Origin: Chrysomallon squamiferum
Taxonomy: Eukaryota; Animalia; Mollusca
Length of the DNA: 64,000 nucleotides
NCBI GenBank assembly: GCA_012295275.1
Contig: CM022676.1
Span: 16,430,001-16,494,000 of the forward strand
Direction of reading: 5' to 3'
The notes under the pieces were generated by a model, which saw only the letters and a program-made list of their open reading frames with translations, was not told the origin of the DNA and made no database searches. A program made the position numbers and the translations under genes. Within the stretch, counting starts at the first letter, position 1; each line of letters opens with the position of its first letter. Positions 46,067 to 58,613 of the stretch are shown here, piece by piece.

Positions 46067-46387
46067 TAGCAAATGGAGATGTTAAACTGATCTGAGTTGA
46101 CAACATACTGTTTTCGTCAACTGTCCAGTTTCCTGCAAGTTCTGTTTCATCGAAAGATGAAATCTTCAAAGTTATAACATTTGCAGATTGTCTTGTTACA
46201 CTGAGTCCACCAGCTCCACTTCCGCAGATTCCTCGTAATGTCGATAATGGTAGACATGATCCTTTTAGTTTGTTATTCACAGAAAAAGACACACCTGCTG
46301 TTATGTTGTCATTATCGCTTGTGTACGTCAAAATAAGAGGTTGACCAACAACTAATGTGTTCGTGTCTGTTGTACGAATTCCATTTG
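46067..46387 (-). CDS. Gene D N-terminal V-like exon lacking the canonical disulfide
   Basis: LVVGQPLILTYTSD...VSFSVNNKLKGSCLPLSTLRGICGS...VITLKISSFDETELAGNWTV. Open frame, phase 1-1. Confidence 0.78.
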
Positions 46388-46540
46388 CTAGTGATAAATA
46401 AATAAATTAAGTTAAACTTTAAGCCTAAACTAGTTTTAACCAGAGCAGAGACTGAATAAGTTTTCAGTACATAGTTTTTATCGGTAATATCTAACATATT
46501 TGTTTCAATGTATGAATTAAATAGTAACAATAAAAGTTAC

Positions 46541-46580
46541 CTAAACAATATCCAACGATCGAGAAAGGAACTAACGCCAT
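46541..46580 (-). CDS. Signal-peptide exon, proximal shortened copy, gene D
   Basis: MALVPFSIVGYCL, then G and a gtaact donor. 15 bp shorter, in frame. Confidence 0.65.
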
Positions 46581-46781
46581 TGTGAATGTTGTGATTAAAC
46601 TTGTTTCTTCCCGGTACACAAGTTGTAGTCTGTCTAGGTTATCTAACAGTGCACGTTTTTACAACTGCGCTCCTGTTATCATAAATCTGTTTACTTCTGT
46701 CTCGGTTAAAATATGAGAATCGCATTTTTGTCCATACTAAAAATAAAAAAAAATAAAAATTAGATAAACAAGACGAATGAA

Positions 46782-46918
<137 letters not shown>

Positions 46919-46985
46919 CAGCTCTAACCGGCATAAATCTGAGTAATACAAATAAATAAATAATAAATAAATAAATGAAACTTAC

Positions 46986-47040
46986 CTGTACTACATGTAA
47001 CAACCATGAGAGAAACAAGTAAATATCTCAACAGCGCCAT
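46986..47040 (-). CDS. Signal-peptide exon, distal copy, gene D
   Basis: MALLRYLLVSLMVVTCST, then G and a gtaagt donor. Confidence 0.85.
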
Positions 47041-47752
47041 TGTGAATGTTGTGACTAAACTTGTTTCTTGCGGGTACACGAGTCTCGACTATCTAGGTTA
47101 AGTTATTATGTCACATTTCTGTAGCGCTGTCATTCTATTAAAGTGTCTATTTTTTGTATATTTATTTCACTTTATTCATTACATTTCACAAACATGTTCT
47201 TTTTCTTTACTTGTCAGTAAATCATATTTTGTGACTATTTATAAAATATTTGTATTTATAAAACGAGAGAAGATTTTTTGTCGTAGCTTACATCATTCCC
47301 CTAGCTCAGCAAAATGTATACCACATTTATTATATTCTTGAATGTAACAAATAATCTACAGCTGTTTACATGGTGATTTTTTAATGAATCGGTCAGTAAG
47401 TCTATATTTTATTTGTATCAAAACCCAACTCCAAACTGAAGCGGAATCATTTGGTCGTTTAGAACACAATGTACACAAAAGTAACACAGCAAATGAGCTG
47501 AATGAAATTAAAACCAGCTTACAATGAACATTTTTTTTATTACAGTAAATATCATATTTAAATATCTCACTATTACAGATATTGTGTGAAAATATCCGTT
47601 TCGTTATTATTTTCAGCAAATAAGATAGAAGTAGAAAGGAGGATGACATTATATGTTGCCTTATAGACCAAAGTTCAAACAATAATGAAAAACAACAACA
47701 ATCTATTTAATATTATTACACTGTCACTTTATTACAGCTCTCTAACATAACT
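47041..47752 (-). promoter_or_regulatory. Conserved 5'UTR/promoter block shared with gene B
   Basis: Collinear with 26347-27250. The similarity ends just before the (CT)n tract at 47762. Confidence 0.6.
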
Positions 47753-47758
47753 GGAATA

Positions 47759-47860
<102 letters not shown>

Positions 47861-49146
47861 TTTTTAAAATAACAAACTGAACATACAGAAAGGAGAAAAT
47901 TTTAATAACTTTAAAAATTATTTATATACAAATCATTAACAAATGTAACTATTTTAAAGATAAAAGATTCACTTAAAATTATATAAGAAGAAAGTGAAAG
48001 CGTTATTGTCAGTGTTGAAATTCGAAACATTCAGCATATGTATAATTAAGACGTTTACATGGAGCATGGATATTAAAGCATTTCACTCATAGTTTCTATA
48101 ATGTTATGAAATGTACTCGCGCCCAGAATTAATCTGGAACAATAACTGATTTTTTGGTATGTTCCAGATCGTTTTACAAAAACAACAAAATCTTTAAAAA
48201 AAAAAAAAAAAAGAATTATGTTTTTATCTTTATTTTACCATAAGCTCAGGTTAATAACTGTCTCCAATTTTTTAGCAGAAATAATAATAATAAATAAATA
48301 AATAATAACCTTTGAAGTTCATGTATTGCATCATTGTATTATTTTAAAGATTAGTCTCATAATACAGATGTGTTTATTTTAGTCGTTTTAAAGCGAATAG
48401 TGAAAACCTGGCAGCTTAGTAAGGCACGCCATCCTGTACGAATGTGTGATAGAGCATAACATACCAAGTTAGGCACACGTCAAAATTCAGAGTCTTTTTA
48501 ATATGTTCAAAAGAAAATTTAACTTTGAATAGACTAAATTCAAACAGAGAACAATTTCATTTAAAATAAAAACAGTGGAAACAACACCATAGTTGAAATT
48601 TGAAACTGTTTAAATATAGAACAAAAAATATTACATTAAAGCCCTTCAAATTTAACAATGAATTTCAATAATTTTATAAATATTTAAACACTTTAATAAC
48701 TGTCAGAATACTAACAACCACTTTTCTTATAAAAATGTCTTCTTTTCTGAAATGTTTTCAAATGTACTGAAAAGATACCAGCATTCTAAGTTATCACTTA
48801 CTTCTGATTTGTAATTCTGACAAGTATTTGGCAGTTGTATACTAATTCACTATTTACTTACAAATGATAAAAAGAAACTCGTAATTATTACATAACTAAT
48901 AATTATAATCTGCTTAACAAACATTCTATTACCGCCAGAAAAACATTTTTAGATTCTATCCAATTATTCTAAAAGTAACTGTCAAAATATTATAAGCTCA
49001 GTCTTTCACACTAAATAAAATAGTGTATTTACTTACAAATTAATTTCTAGAACTATATATATGTAATATATTTCATTTAGGGATATATAACTAGACAAAA
49101 AAAAAATACAATCATATTAATACATATATAAATATACAAAGCAAGT

Positions 49147-49180
<34 letters not shown>

Positions 49181-50429
49181 TTGATACTAAAACCCAAAGA
49201 AAGAAACAAGAAACATAACTTAGATTGTTGTTAATATTTTATACATCTCATATCTGTGTGTATATCTATCTCTGAGTAGTATGTAGATCTACAGCAAATC
49301 AGTGATGACTAAAGCGTTGATAAAACTGAAGAAAGATAAAATAAAGATGAAACAAACATGAGCAACAAAGAATTATTAGACACACGGATATAGAAAAACA
49401 CAGAAGCAGACAAGAAAGGCATACAGACGTCAATAAAGACAATATATGTATATTGATATAGGCACATCTTTGCATGTAGATGTAGATAATACATATATAC
49501 ATACATACAGAAATACTTGAAAAGAAGACGGTCCGACAGAAAAGTAGATATACAAAATCACAGAAACAAACAGACTGAGCGATACTAGACATAGGTACAG
49601 ATGATACATGCAGATATACTGAGAGGAAAGCTGATAACATTAATATTACAATAAACTAACTAATAAAAAGGAAATAGTTACAAGATTACTTACGTGATTA
49701 TTACATAAATCATTGAAGAAAATATGGAATCGCTTCCGTTTGTTTCATCAAAAATAAATAAATAAATAAATAAACCTTTAATTACTACCAAATTCTCAGG
49801 CAGCACACACGTACTCATATCTTTCAAGCACGTCTATCTCCAGAAGTGAAAGTCTTGTCCCAGCCGAGCTCTTATGTCCGTTAGTAATGACCTTCAAAAA
49901 TTCAAATGCAGACATTTTTGCGGTCCTAGACTATTGATTTAATTGATATTAGCCTCCTAAAACTCAAAGCAGGGAATAGTAAGTTGTTCTTTAAGCGGAA
50001 TAAAATTAACTTGCTACAGGTCATCTGTCTATGTAAGGCGAAGGGCTTCTTTACATAATATATAATTGCATACAGTCTTCAAATAACTGCCATAGTGAAC
50101 CATTAACTCTTACTCATTGGTGTTTCTTTGTATTTACAAAGGAGTGTATTGTGGGAAACATGTTATTTGCAATTTAAATTTGAGTTAACAGAACTGTGTG
50201 AATTATGCTTGTAAATCTGAATACATACATACATTCATATATAGATAGATAGCTAGATATATAAATATATGCTTATATATACAGGCCTGTACATGTATAT
50301 TCATTAGAAGAAACTGCTGTAAATATCTGAATTCCCTGAAAGTTAAACTATTTTATTGATACTTTTCAGTTTTGAATTATCAAAGTGTATCTGTGTCTGT
50401 CTGTTTACCTATCTACCTGTACATGCATA

Positions 50430-51522
50430 CACAGAGACAGAGCCGAAACTCGTCTAACAGTCACCTGTTCAAAATCCAACCACAAATTCACACAAAAGCA
50501 TTTCCTTCTTTAAATGAGCTGTTCTGTACAGTCACTGGTTTACAACCGCCATCAGCCAATGTTCTTCACAGAAAATAATCAACTCAACCTACTATAATGG
50601 TCACAGCTTTTCAGTATTTGCAATTCTAACTAAGTTCTGCCGAATATATATTCAGTTACCTCTATGACACGACATTACAGTGGTAATTCGACTGATTATA
50701 ATATATTGTAATTTATGTTTGAAATATATACTTTTTTAAAGAAAATATGTTGATTTTATTTTTATTCCCCTCTTGCTACATATTTTATGAGCTTTCCCAT
50801 GGTGCTAAAAGCAGCCAGAGCTAATACTTGTAAGATGTTTAACATGGTTTTCACTGTTGAGTTAAAGCACATGTTCTACGTGTAGTGTTTAAAACATCCT
50901 GTTTTACAAGTGCAGGTTATTATTTCACAGACACACTCATGATCAAACAAACAACAACACTCCGTTTATGAGCAAATCTTTTTCTTTTTCTCCATGCAAT
51001 TCATAATTTTTTTGTCTGCTTGTAAGGCAAATTAATAGAGGTTAAAAAACACTGATTCTGCACGTTTTGTACAGTGACTGGCTGAACTGTCTACCACTAA
51101 CCAGTTAAAGTGAATGCATATAACATTGGCTGGAACTCTTACTGAGACTAGGATGTCAGAATGACCACTATGTTGGTATCATCCATGTCAGTGGTATTCA
51201 TCATTTTGCCTGTGTCAAACACCTTCGTTATGGCTGTCTTAAGTCTGTGTTTACTCAGATTCCACAAACTTGCATAATTTACGTTAATTTAATAATGAAA
51301 TGTGTTGATTAGATGAGATCATATTATATTGTGAAAATAATAATTTTCAAGCATTCTTGACCAGTTTCTGATTAGTGATTTTGCATATTAAGATTTCAGA
51401 GGGTTTTATTAAGAACAGTGGAAGGGGAACTGAGGTTACATGAATGATTAGCACAAGGTTAGGTGTAACAATGTGATTATCCTACTTACTGCTTGATGGT
51501 GTTGTTTCTGATGTTGTCGATT
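50430..51522 (-). pseudogene. Possible relic exons of a mucin/SEA-type membrane protein
   Basis: Microexon 51490-51522 ESTTSETTPSS with tag/gtaagt sites. PVTVQN is encoded twice (~51065 and ~50525), and the second copy is followed by SSFKEGNAFV. Many stops. Confidence 0.3.
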
Positions 51523-51541
51523 CTAATATAAATAAAATAAA

Positions 51542-51763
51542 TAATGCGTATGAGTTAAGCTTTAGTATGGTAAAAACAAATGAAGTGGAGAAAATACATT
51601 TTAAAAAAAAAGAAAAAGAAAAATATCCAATATGGTTTTCTGTATGTTGTAGCCTTGCCTACTCTTTAAAAAAAAAAAAAAAGTTATAATGCAAGACGAA
51701 ATTTTGTTAAATAAATTAATGTAGCCAGTTTCCTTTACTTAATCCACTGACGGCAGATGTGTA
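51542..51763 (+). repeat. ~220-bp repeat, inverted copy of 38914-39124
   Basis: Direct alignment to the reverse complement of 38914-39124. Confidence 0.9.
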
Positions 51764-52043
51764 GACTTATATATATATATATATAATATCTATCTATCTA
51801 TCTCTCTATCTCTATATATATATATATATTTATTTATATATATATATATATATATAGGTATATGCATATGTATATATATACTTGATATGCTTTTATTATA
51901 ATTATTATTATTATTATTAATTTTGTAGGCTCTGAAAATAAAATAAAGGAAGGACAGAAAGGTTTGGTTCAGATAATTTGTAAAAGTTGCTTGCATATAT
52001 ATGTGTGAGATTGTGCAAGTGTATATATAGGTATAAATAATAT

Positions 52044-52081
<38 letters not shown>

Positions 52082-52173
52082 TATGTGTGTGTGAGTGTGT
52101 GTGTGTGATCCTTATAAGAAAGAACAGATATAAAACTATTTAATTCTACGTTAGCTTATTGTTATTATTATTA

Positions 52174-52208
<35 letters not shown>

Positions 52209-52511
52209 GCTGCTGCTGCTATTAGTATTATTTGCTTTTATTTTTAAAATTGTTTTAAGTATAATATAAATATTTCAATATTACTACTTATTTCTGGACA
52301 TGCTGGACAATTATTTAGAAACTTTTAATTTCAGTAGGTTTTACAAATGATAATTTAGGAAATTTCTTATAACAAAAACAGGGTTTATAAATAAATAGGT
52401 TTAAAAATGGAACTGTCTGATTCAAGAGTACTCATGTGGAATTTATCAACTCATTTAACAGTGTCAGTGATGAGATTCCATCTGACTCACTAATATGTTA
52501 CTTTTGTACAG

Positions 52512-52603
52512 GAGATGTTTATGAAAATGTTGATATAAGGGATGATGTTACATATGCCAATGCACCGTCTGAAGGAGAGGCTGCTACAGGTCAAAATATG
52601 AAG
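52512..52603 (+). other. Orphan cytoplasmic-tail exon with two Tyr motifs
   Basis: cttttgtacag, then GDVYENVDIRDDVTYANAPSEGEAATGQNMK, then gtaata. The first 17 nt match the gene C terminal exon at 15/17. No upstream + strand exons were seen. Confidence 0.6.
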
Positions 52604-53879
52604 GTAATAAATGTACGATTATGCACTGCATTTACTTATTTTGCAATAAGTTTATAAAACTTTAGAAAAAAAAATTAAAAAGTGAAATAAAATGAAATAA
52701 AATAAAATTTAATAATTAAATAAAAGGATATAATAGAATCCTTGATAAACAAGTTGAACTTTTAACCAGTGTTATACCCAGTTAGAACAGACTAGGAAGA
52801 CTTTGAAGCCATCAACATAAAGAAATACACTGACATTGGTTCCAAATATTGAAACTGATGGGGAAGAAAATAAAATACCTAGCTGTCCTCATTTTTTCTA
52901 CTTAATGAATTGTGTTGGGAAACTTTTTTTACTAATACAAAAATTGCATTCCAGACATATATGTATGTATATGTATATTTTATACAGTACTATTGATTAT
53001 TTAGTACTGTACACTGTACACTTACTTTAAATATAAATATATTTGATTTTATTGCTAAAATAAAGACACCTATGTATAATTATTAGAATGAAATGCCACT
53101 TAGTTTAAGAAAATGTGATTTGAAAATTATTAACACTAATCTTTTAAGAAAGGAACATTTTTACATCTTTGTAGTAGACACAGACATTCATTTTCATTAC
53201 TCTTGAAGTTTGTTTGAAAAGAAAATTTTCATTCACATATACAGATGGTTCATTTAGTTAGAATTTTACAAGAAGTGATTCACTCATCATTCTGCAATTT
53301 TACTTCCAAATGTAAAATTATGTGATATAGATATTTTGCGATAACCAGTAATGTATCCACTTTCCCACCAGATATTAAAAACCTTCCAAAAATTTGGAAA
53401 ATGTAACTTTTAATGAAATCCAGTTATTTATGTTAAAATAACCAGCTGGTCCTGGCCAAAAAGTGTACGACTTTAATGTCTTTTTCCTCTGTGAGTTAAA
53501 ATAATTTAGTGGCTGTTACGTTTGTGTTGATATATTCTTTTGGTCTCAGATTAGACTTTCAACTAGGAAACTGATTTAATGTGTCAATATTTATATTTTG
53601 CTTAAATAAATCAGATTTATACAATGGGTAAGTATACTCAATGCCATACTGTTTCAGTAAAAAAAGTTGCTGACATGTTACTTTCAGAAGATGTGATTAG
53701 CAATTAGTGTTCACATTTCAGATAAAGGAATGATCTAAAACACTGAGCAAGGTATTAAATTGCTTCATCAAACTTGAAAGAAAACACAAATAGCAAGTAA
53801 ATGACTAGACTGTTATATAAAGCAATTAGTCATGTGATCTGGAGACTTGTTAAAATGAAGCGTAATAACAAGGACTTGG

Positions 53880-54095
53880 ATCATTCTGTGCTATTGGCAG
53901 AAACAGCAAATGATTTACATCAATTGCAAGTTTTGAAATATATTGTAAAACATGGAAATTAAAAACTGATGCTGCCAAATAAAAAAAATAAACTTTTTTG
54001 CAGAGGCAGTTTAAAAGCAAATACTTTCAGATTGATATAAAATAATTTGGAAATAGAAATTGTTACTGAGGTTAAATATTTTGGCCTTGTTTCAA
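53880..54095 (+). mobile_element. LINE reverse-transcriptase fragment
   Basis: Degenerate VLLAETANDL...YCKTWKLK...F.RG...LEIEIVTEVKYFG, the region following the RT YADD motif. Confidence 0.6.
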
Positions 54096-54566
54096 CTACA
54101 TTTTTACAAATTGTCATTGGAAAATCAGTCTTCTGGGTTAAATAATAATTAATGTATTTTGTACCATATAGAACATTCTGTTCAAATTATGTATCTTTTT
54201 TACATGATCTAAAGACTGCACATGGTGAAGTCTAGAGAAATAAATTTCTTGTCGTGTCTCATTATTTATTATAAGAGAAGGAATCTTGGTATTTCTTTTG
54301 TGAAGTAAATGTTACTAAAAATCTATAACTTATTCTTCAGAGCTCTAGTTTCTTGCCATGTTAAATGCACCATAGATAGACTTCGTTAACTATTCTTCTA
54401 ACTGTCCTTGTAAGTTCATGCTTGTTATAATTAATTTATAAAAAAAATTTATTAATTCTTTGTCAGCAGTTTGTAGAAATGTTTCAAAAGATCAGTAACT
54501 CAAATGCTGTTTCAATAAACATGTTGTTAGGAATTAAACTTACAAATGACTGGTTTTACTGACTGT

Positions 54567-54797
54567 TAGATACATTTATTTTCTATAGTGTAATATTTTC
54601 CGTGGTCCTTGCATAACAATGCGAGTGTATATAAGTACTTTATTTATTTCAACATGTTTTTTTTTTAACTTTAGAAAATGTATATTTAGATACATTTATA
54701 TTCTATAGTGTAATACTTTGTACGGTCCTTGCATAACAGTGTGAGTGTATATTTATTTCAACAGGGTTTTTTCTAAACTTTAGAAAATGTATATTTT
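54567..54797. repeat. Tandem duplication of a ~115-bp unit
   Basis: tagatacattta..tctatagtgtaata...ggtccttgcataaca...tttagaaaatgtatattt occurs twice. Confidence 0.85.
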
Positions 54798-54901
54798 TCT
54801 TTGCTTTCTACTTTTTCAAATTCAAAAGAAAATATTTGTGTGGGCTTCAGTGTTATAAAAGTTTATGTTTCAAATGAATGGAAACTGTAAAAGTAACATG
54901 C

Positions 54902-55000
54902 TTTTGCATTTAAAAAAAAAATAAACATAAATTTAAAAACATGAATGGATTTACCATTCATGTTTTTAAATTTATGTTCATTTTATTTTTAAATGCAAAA
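54902..55000. repeat. Near-perfect palindrome (~47-bp arms, 5-nt loop)
   Basis: ttttgcatttaaaaa...aacataaatttaaaaacatgaatgg, loop attta, ccattcatgtttttaaatttatgtt...tttttaaatgcaaaa. Confidence 0.85.
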
Positions 55001-56168
55001 TGTCCTATAAATCAGTTTAAAGTTGGAATATTGTGTATAATTACTATGCGATTCAGTGCAAAATAACTCAGTTTAGGATGCCATGTTTAAGCCTGATTAT
55101 TAAACTGATGTTTTTTGGGGGGTATTGGTTTTACAACAAATATATTATTGTTATTTTTGTTGTTGTTTTAAAACTGACTTCATCTGAGAGATTTAAGTAA
55201 TTATCAAAAAATGTATCCAAACCTAGAAATTCCTCAAATTATGCACATTCTTAATATGTACTATAATGTAACATTTAAAATGTATATTTTTTGTTATTAT
55301 TTATTTATTCTGTTTTTTACATGTATCAGATTAAAATAATATTTCTCCATTTTCTGTGTTAAGTAAGAATGTGTGTTGATAATTAAGTTGTTATTTTTTG
55401 ATAAATGTGAATTGACAATAGAGACAATTACTACTTGTCTTATTCTAGTATCATTTTCTACAATCAGTAAGCTCCAAAAGAAAAATATTTTCATTATTAT
55501 TTATAACTGACAGAAAAAAAATGACAGTTGCCTTTCATAGGACTTAAAAATGTTTAAACTTTAATTAATCATAAAAATTGTAAAATACTTCAAATAAATT
55601 TTAAATTTATATTGTTTTCCATCAATAAAGGTTTTTTGTTGTTTTTCGCCATATGTGTATGCAGTTTGGGAAATATAAGGCTGACTCCTACCTAAAACTG
55701 TAGATCTGTTTATGCTCATTTCAGGGATTAAAATAATTCGAAGTTGCCAGTTAAATAGTTCAAAGTTATATCCGTATTTATATTTAATGTTTTGGTGCGA
55801 TTGGCAGTTAATTGTTACTTTGAATAAATCTCGATTTTTAAGGGTCCTTGTCCAAGCGAAATTTTGTCTGACAAAGTTTATATGAAAATATGTTATGCTA
55901 AGTGTTTAACGCATATTCACACGAACAATAGCAAGTACTTTATAACCTGTTTCCTTTTTGAAACAATGCAGCTTGCTGAAATACATAAGTAGACTGACTT
56001 CCTTGTTCCAGGAAAGCTTTGCTGAAATTTCACTGGCTGCTCTAAGAGGAAGACTGCACACTAGATAAGGAAGAACATTTGACACGTTAGTTTTTAAATA
56101 ATTCATAATTTCTTTTTCTGACTCAATCGATTTTATAGTTATTGTTATTTCTATTTGTAGTGACGTTT

Positions 56169-56360
<192 letters not shown>

Positions 56361-56390
56361 TTTCAGATTTCCCACTGGAATAATTCAAAC

Positions 56391-56457
56391 ATGCGGACAG
56401 ACGTTTTTATTTTCTGTATTTTTCCAATAAGTATTCTCATTCTGCACTCGAGTACTG
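56391..56457 (+). CDS. Gene E signal-peptide exon
   Basis: MRTDVFIFCIFPISILILHSST, then G and a gtaagt donor. Confidence 0.78.
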
Positions 56458-57812
56458 GTAAGTTAAATCTAAACTAATTCCATGTAGTTGTTCTTCTTTT
56501 CTTCTTCTTCTTCTTAAGCAAATAATTTTTAGCAAATGTAGTTGTTGTGTTAGTGTCAGTAGTAGTGGTCATTGTAATAGTAATAGAATAAAGGAGTGTA
56601 GTAGTCGTAATAATAGCAATAGTTAAAACAACAGCAGTAATAGTTATACAGTTATACTGTTACTGGTAATCATACAACTAGCGCTAGTAACACAAGTAGC
56701 AACAGCAGCAACTGTAGTAGTTGTAGTAAATGTGGAATATTTAAAAGTAATAATTAAACACACAATAATGGCTATAACACTGGTAAACGAAGTAGTTGTA
56801 CTGATAGTAGTAATAGTAATAGTGATAATACTAGTAACAGTAGTAGTTGTAGTATTATTAGAAGTTGAAGTAGTAGCTGTAGTAGTACTAGTAGCTGTAG
56901 TAGTGTTAAAATAGAGTAGAAGAAGTGGAATAAACAAAGGAAGAAGAAGACGAAAAAGACGTGGTAGTAGCAGTAGTAATTATAGAAGTAAATATAGAAT
57001 ACACCACTGATAATAATTGTATCAGAAATAACAGTGGAGGTTATAGTAGCAGAAGAAATGGTTTTAGTGTTTGTGTGAATAGTATGTATTAGGAAGAGTA
57101 TCATTAGTACTAGTAGTAGAAAAGGAGTAATAGTAAAAATAGTAGCATAATCAGCAGTAATAGTAGTAGTAGTTTTTGTGGTAGTAGTAATAGTAGTAGT
57201 ACTCACAGAGGTAGTAATAATAATAATTAGTAGTGATAGAAGTATTAGTAATCGCATTGGTAGTAACAGTAGTTGTAATAACAGTAGTATCATTATCAAT
57301 CTAATACAGCTACGATTAGTGATAATAACAACGATAGTGACTAAACTAAATCTGATAAGTTTGATTACAGCAAAACTAACTCATTTAATTAATTAATTAA
57401 TTAATTGCAAATAAAAATTAATGTTTCTTGTTTCAGTTCTAGGAGTAAAGTTTGGATTAATCAAGATGATACCAGTACTAAAGGGTCATATTATGATTAT
57501 GACATGTCGTGTACGCGAGTCACAGAATCTGAATTCTGATATAAAGTTTGTACATAAAACACAAACTGATAACACTACAGTGTGTGACTGTGTACAGAGA
57601 GGAGACACGTGTAACTGTAACAGTACACAAAGTTACATTTGTAGATGTTCTGCACAGACAAACAAAGCTAGCAGCGAGTACAAAGACTACACAGTGTTAA
57701 AGTACCACACAACTGAAGATGACACTGGGGTCTGGTTTTGTGGATCTGATCAACTTGAAGTGTGGAGTGAACCAGAAGTTGGTGTAATATGTGAGAAAAT
57801 ATTTATCATTAC

Positions 57813-57853
<41 letters not shown>

Positions 57854-58106
57854 AACAACAAAAAAAACACTTACTCTCATATACATGCATATACACATAA
57901 AACATAAATAATCAACATTTGATACATACATCTGTATGTATGTACACAAACAACACTTTTGTTATTACTTTTGTTATTCTTATTCTTATTACTATTTTGT
58001 TGCTATTCTTATTGCTATTATTATTGCTGTTGGTGTTTCTTGTCGTTGTTATTACTGTTAACTTAGTAGTTTGTTATTACTACTATTATTAATGTTATTA
58101 TTACTG

Positions 58107-58169
<63 letters not shown>

Positions 58170-58524
58170 TTCAGCTAAAACTCCTGGTTTATCAGTGCAT
58201 TCCTGGACGGCTGTCATCAATCAAAATTTCACATTTGTTTGTTCTGTTATTGGAAATATTTATAAAGAAGATATCACATTTAAACGAGGTGATGAGAACA
58301 TCTGTACATGTAAATATAAAACAGCAACATGTGAAACACACAGAGAGTCGACAGATAACTACAGATGTAAGTTTGTACAAACAAGAAACAAAACTTTACA
58401 GACAGGTACACGTTATTTAACCACTTACACTTTGACTATATCTTCACTTTCTGACAACGACTATAAGTCGTGGACATGTAGCACTGAAAAAAGTAAGAGT
58501 AACTCCATTACACCAAAACGTGAG

Positions 58525-58613
<89 letters not shown>

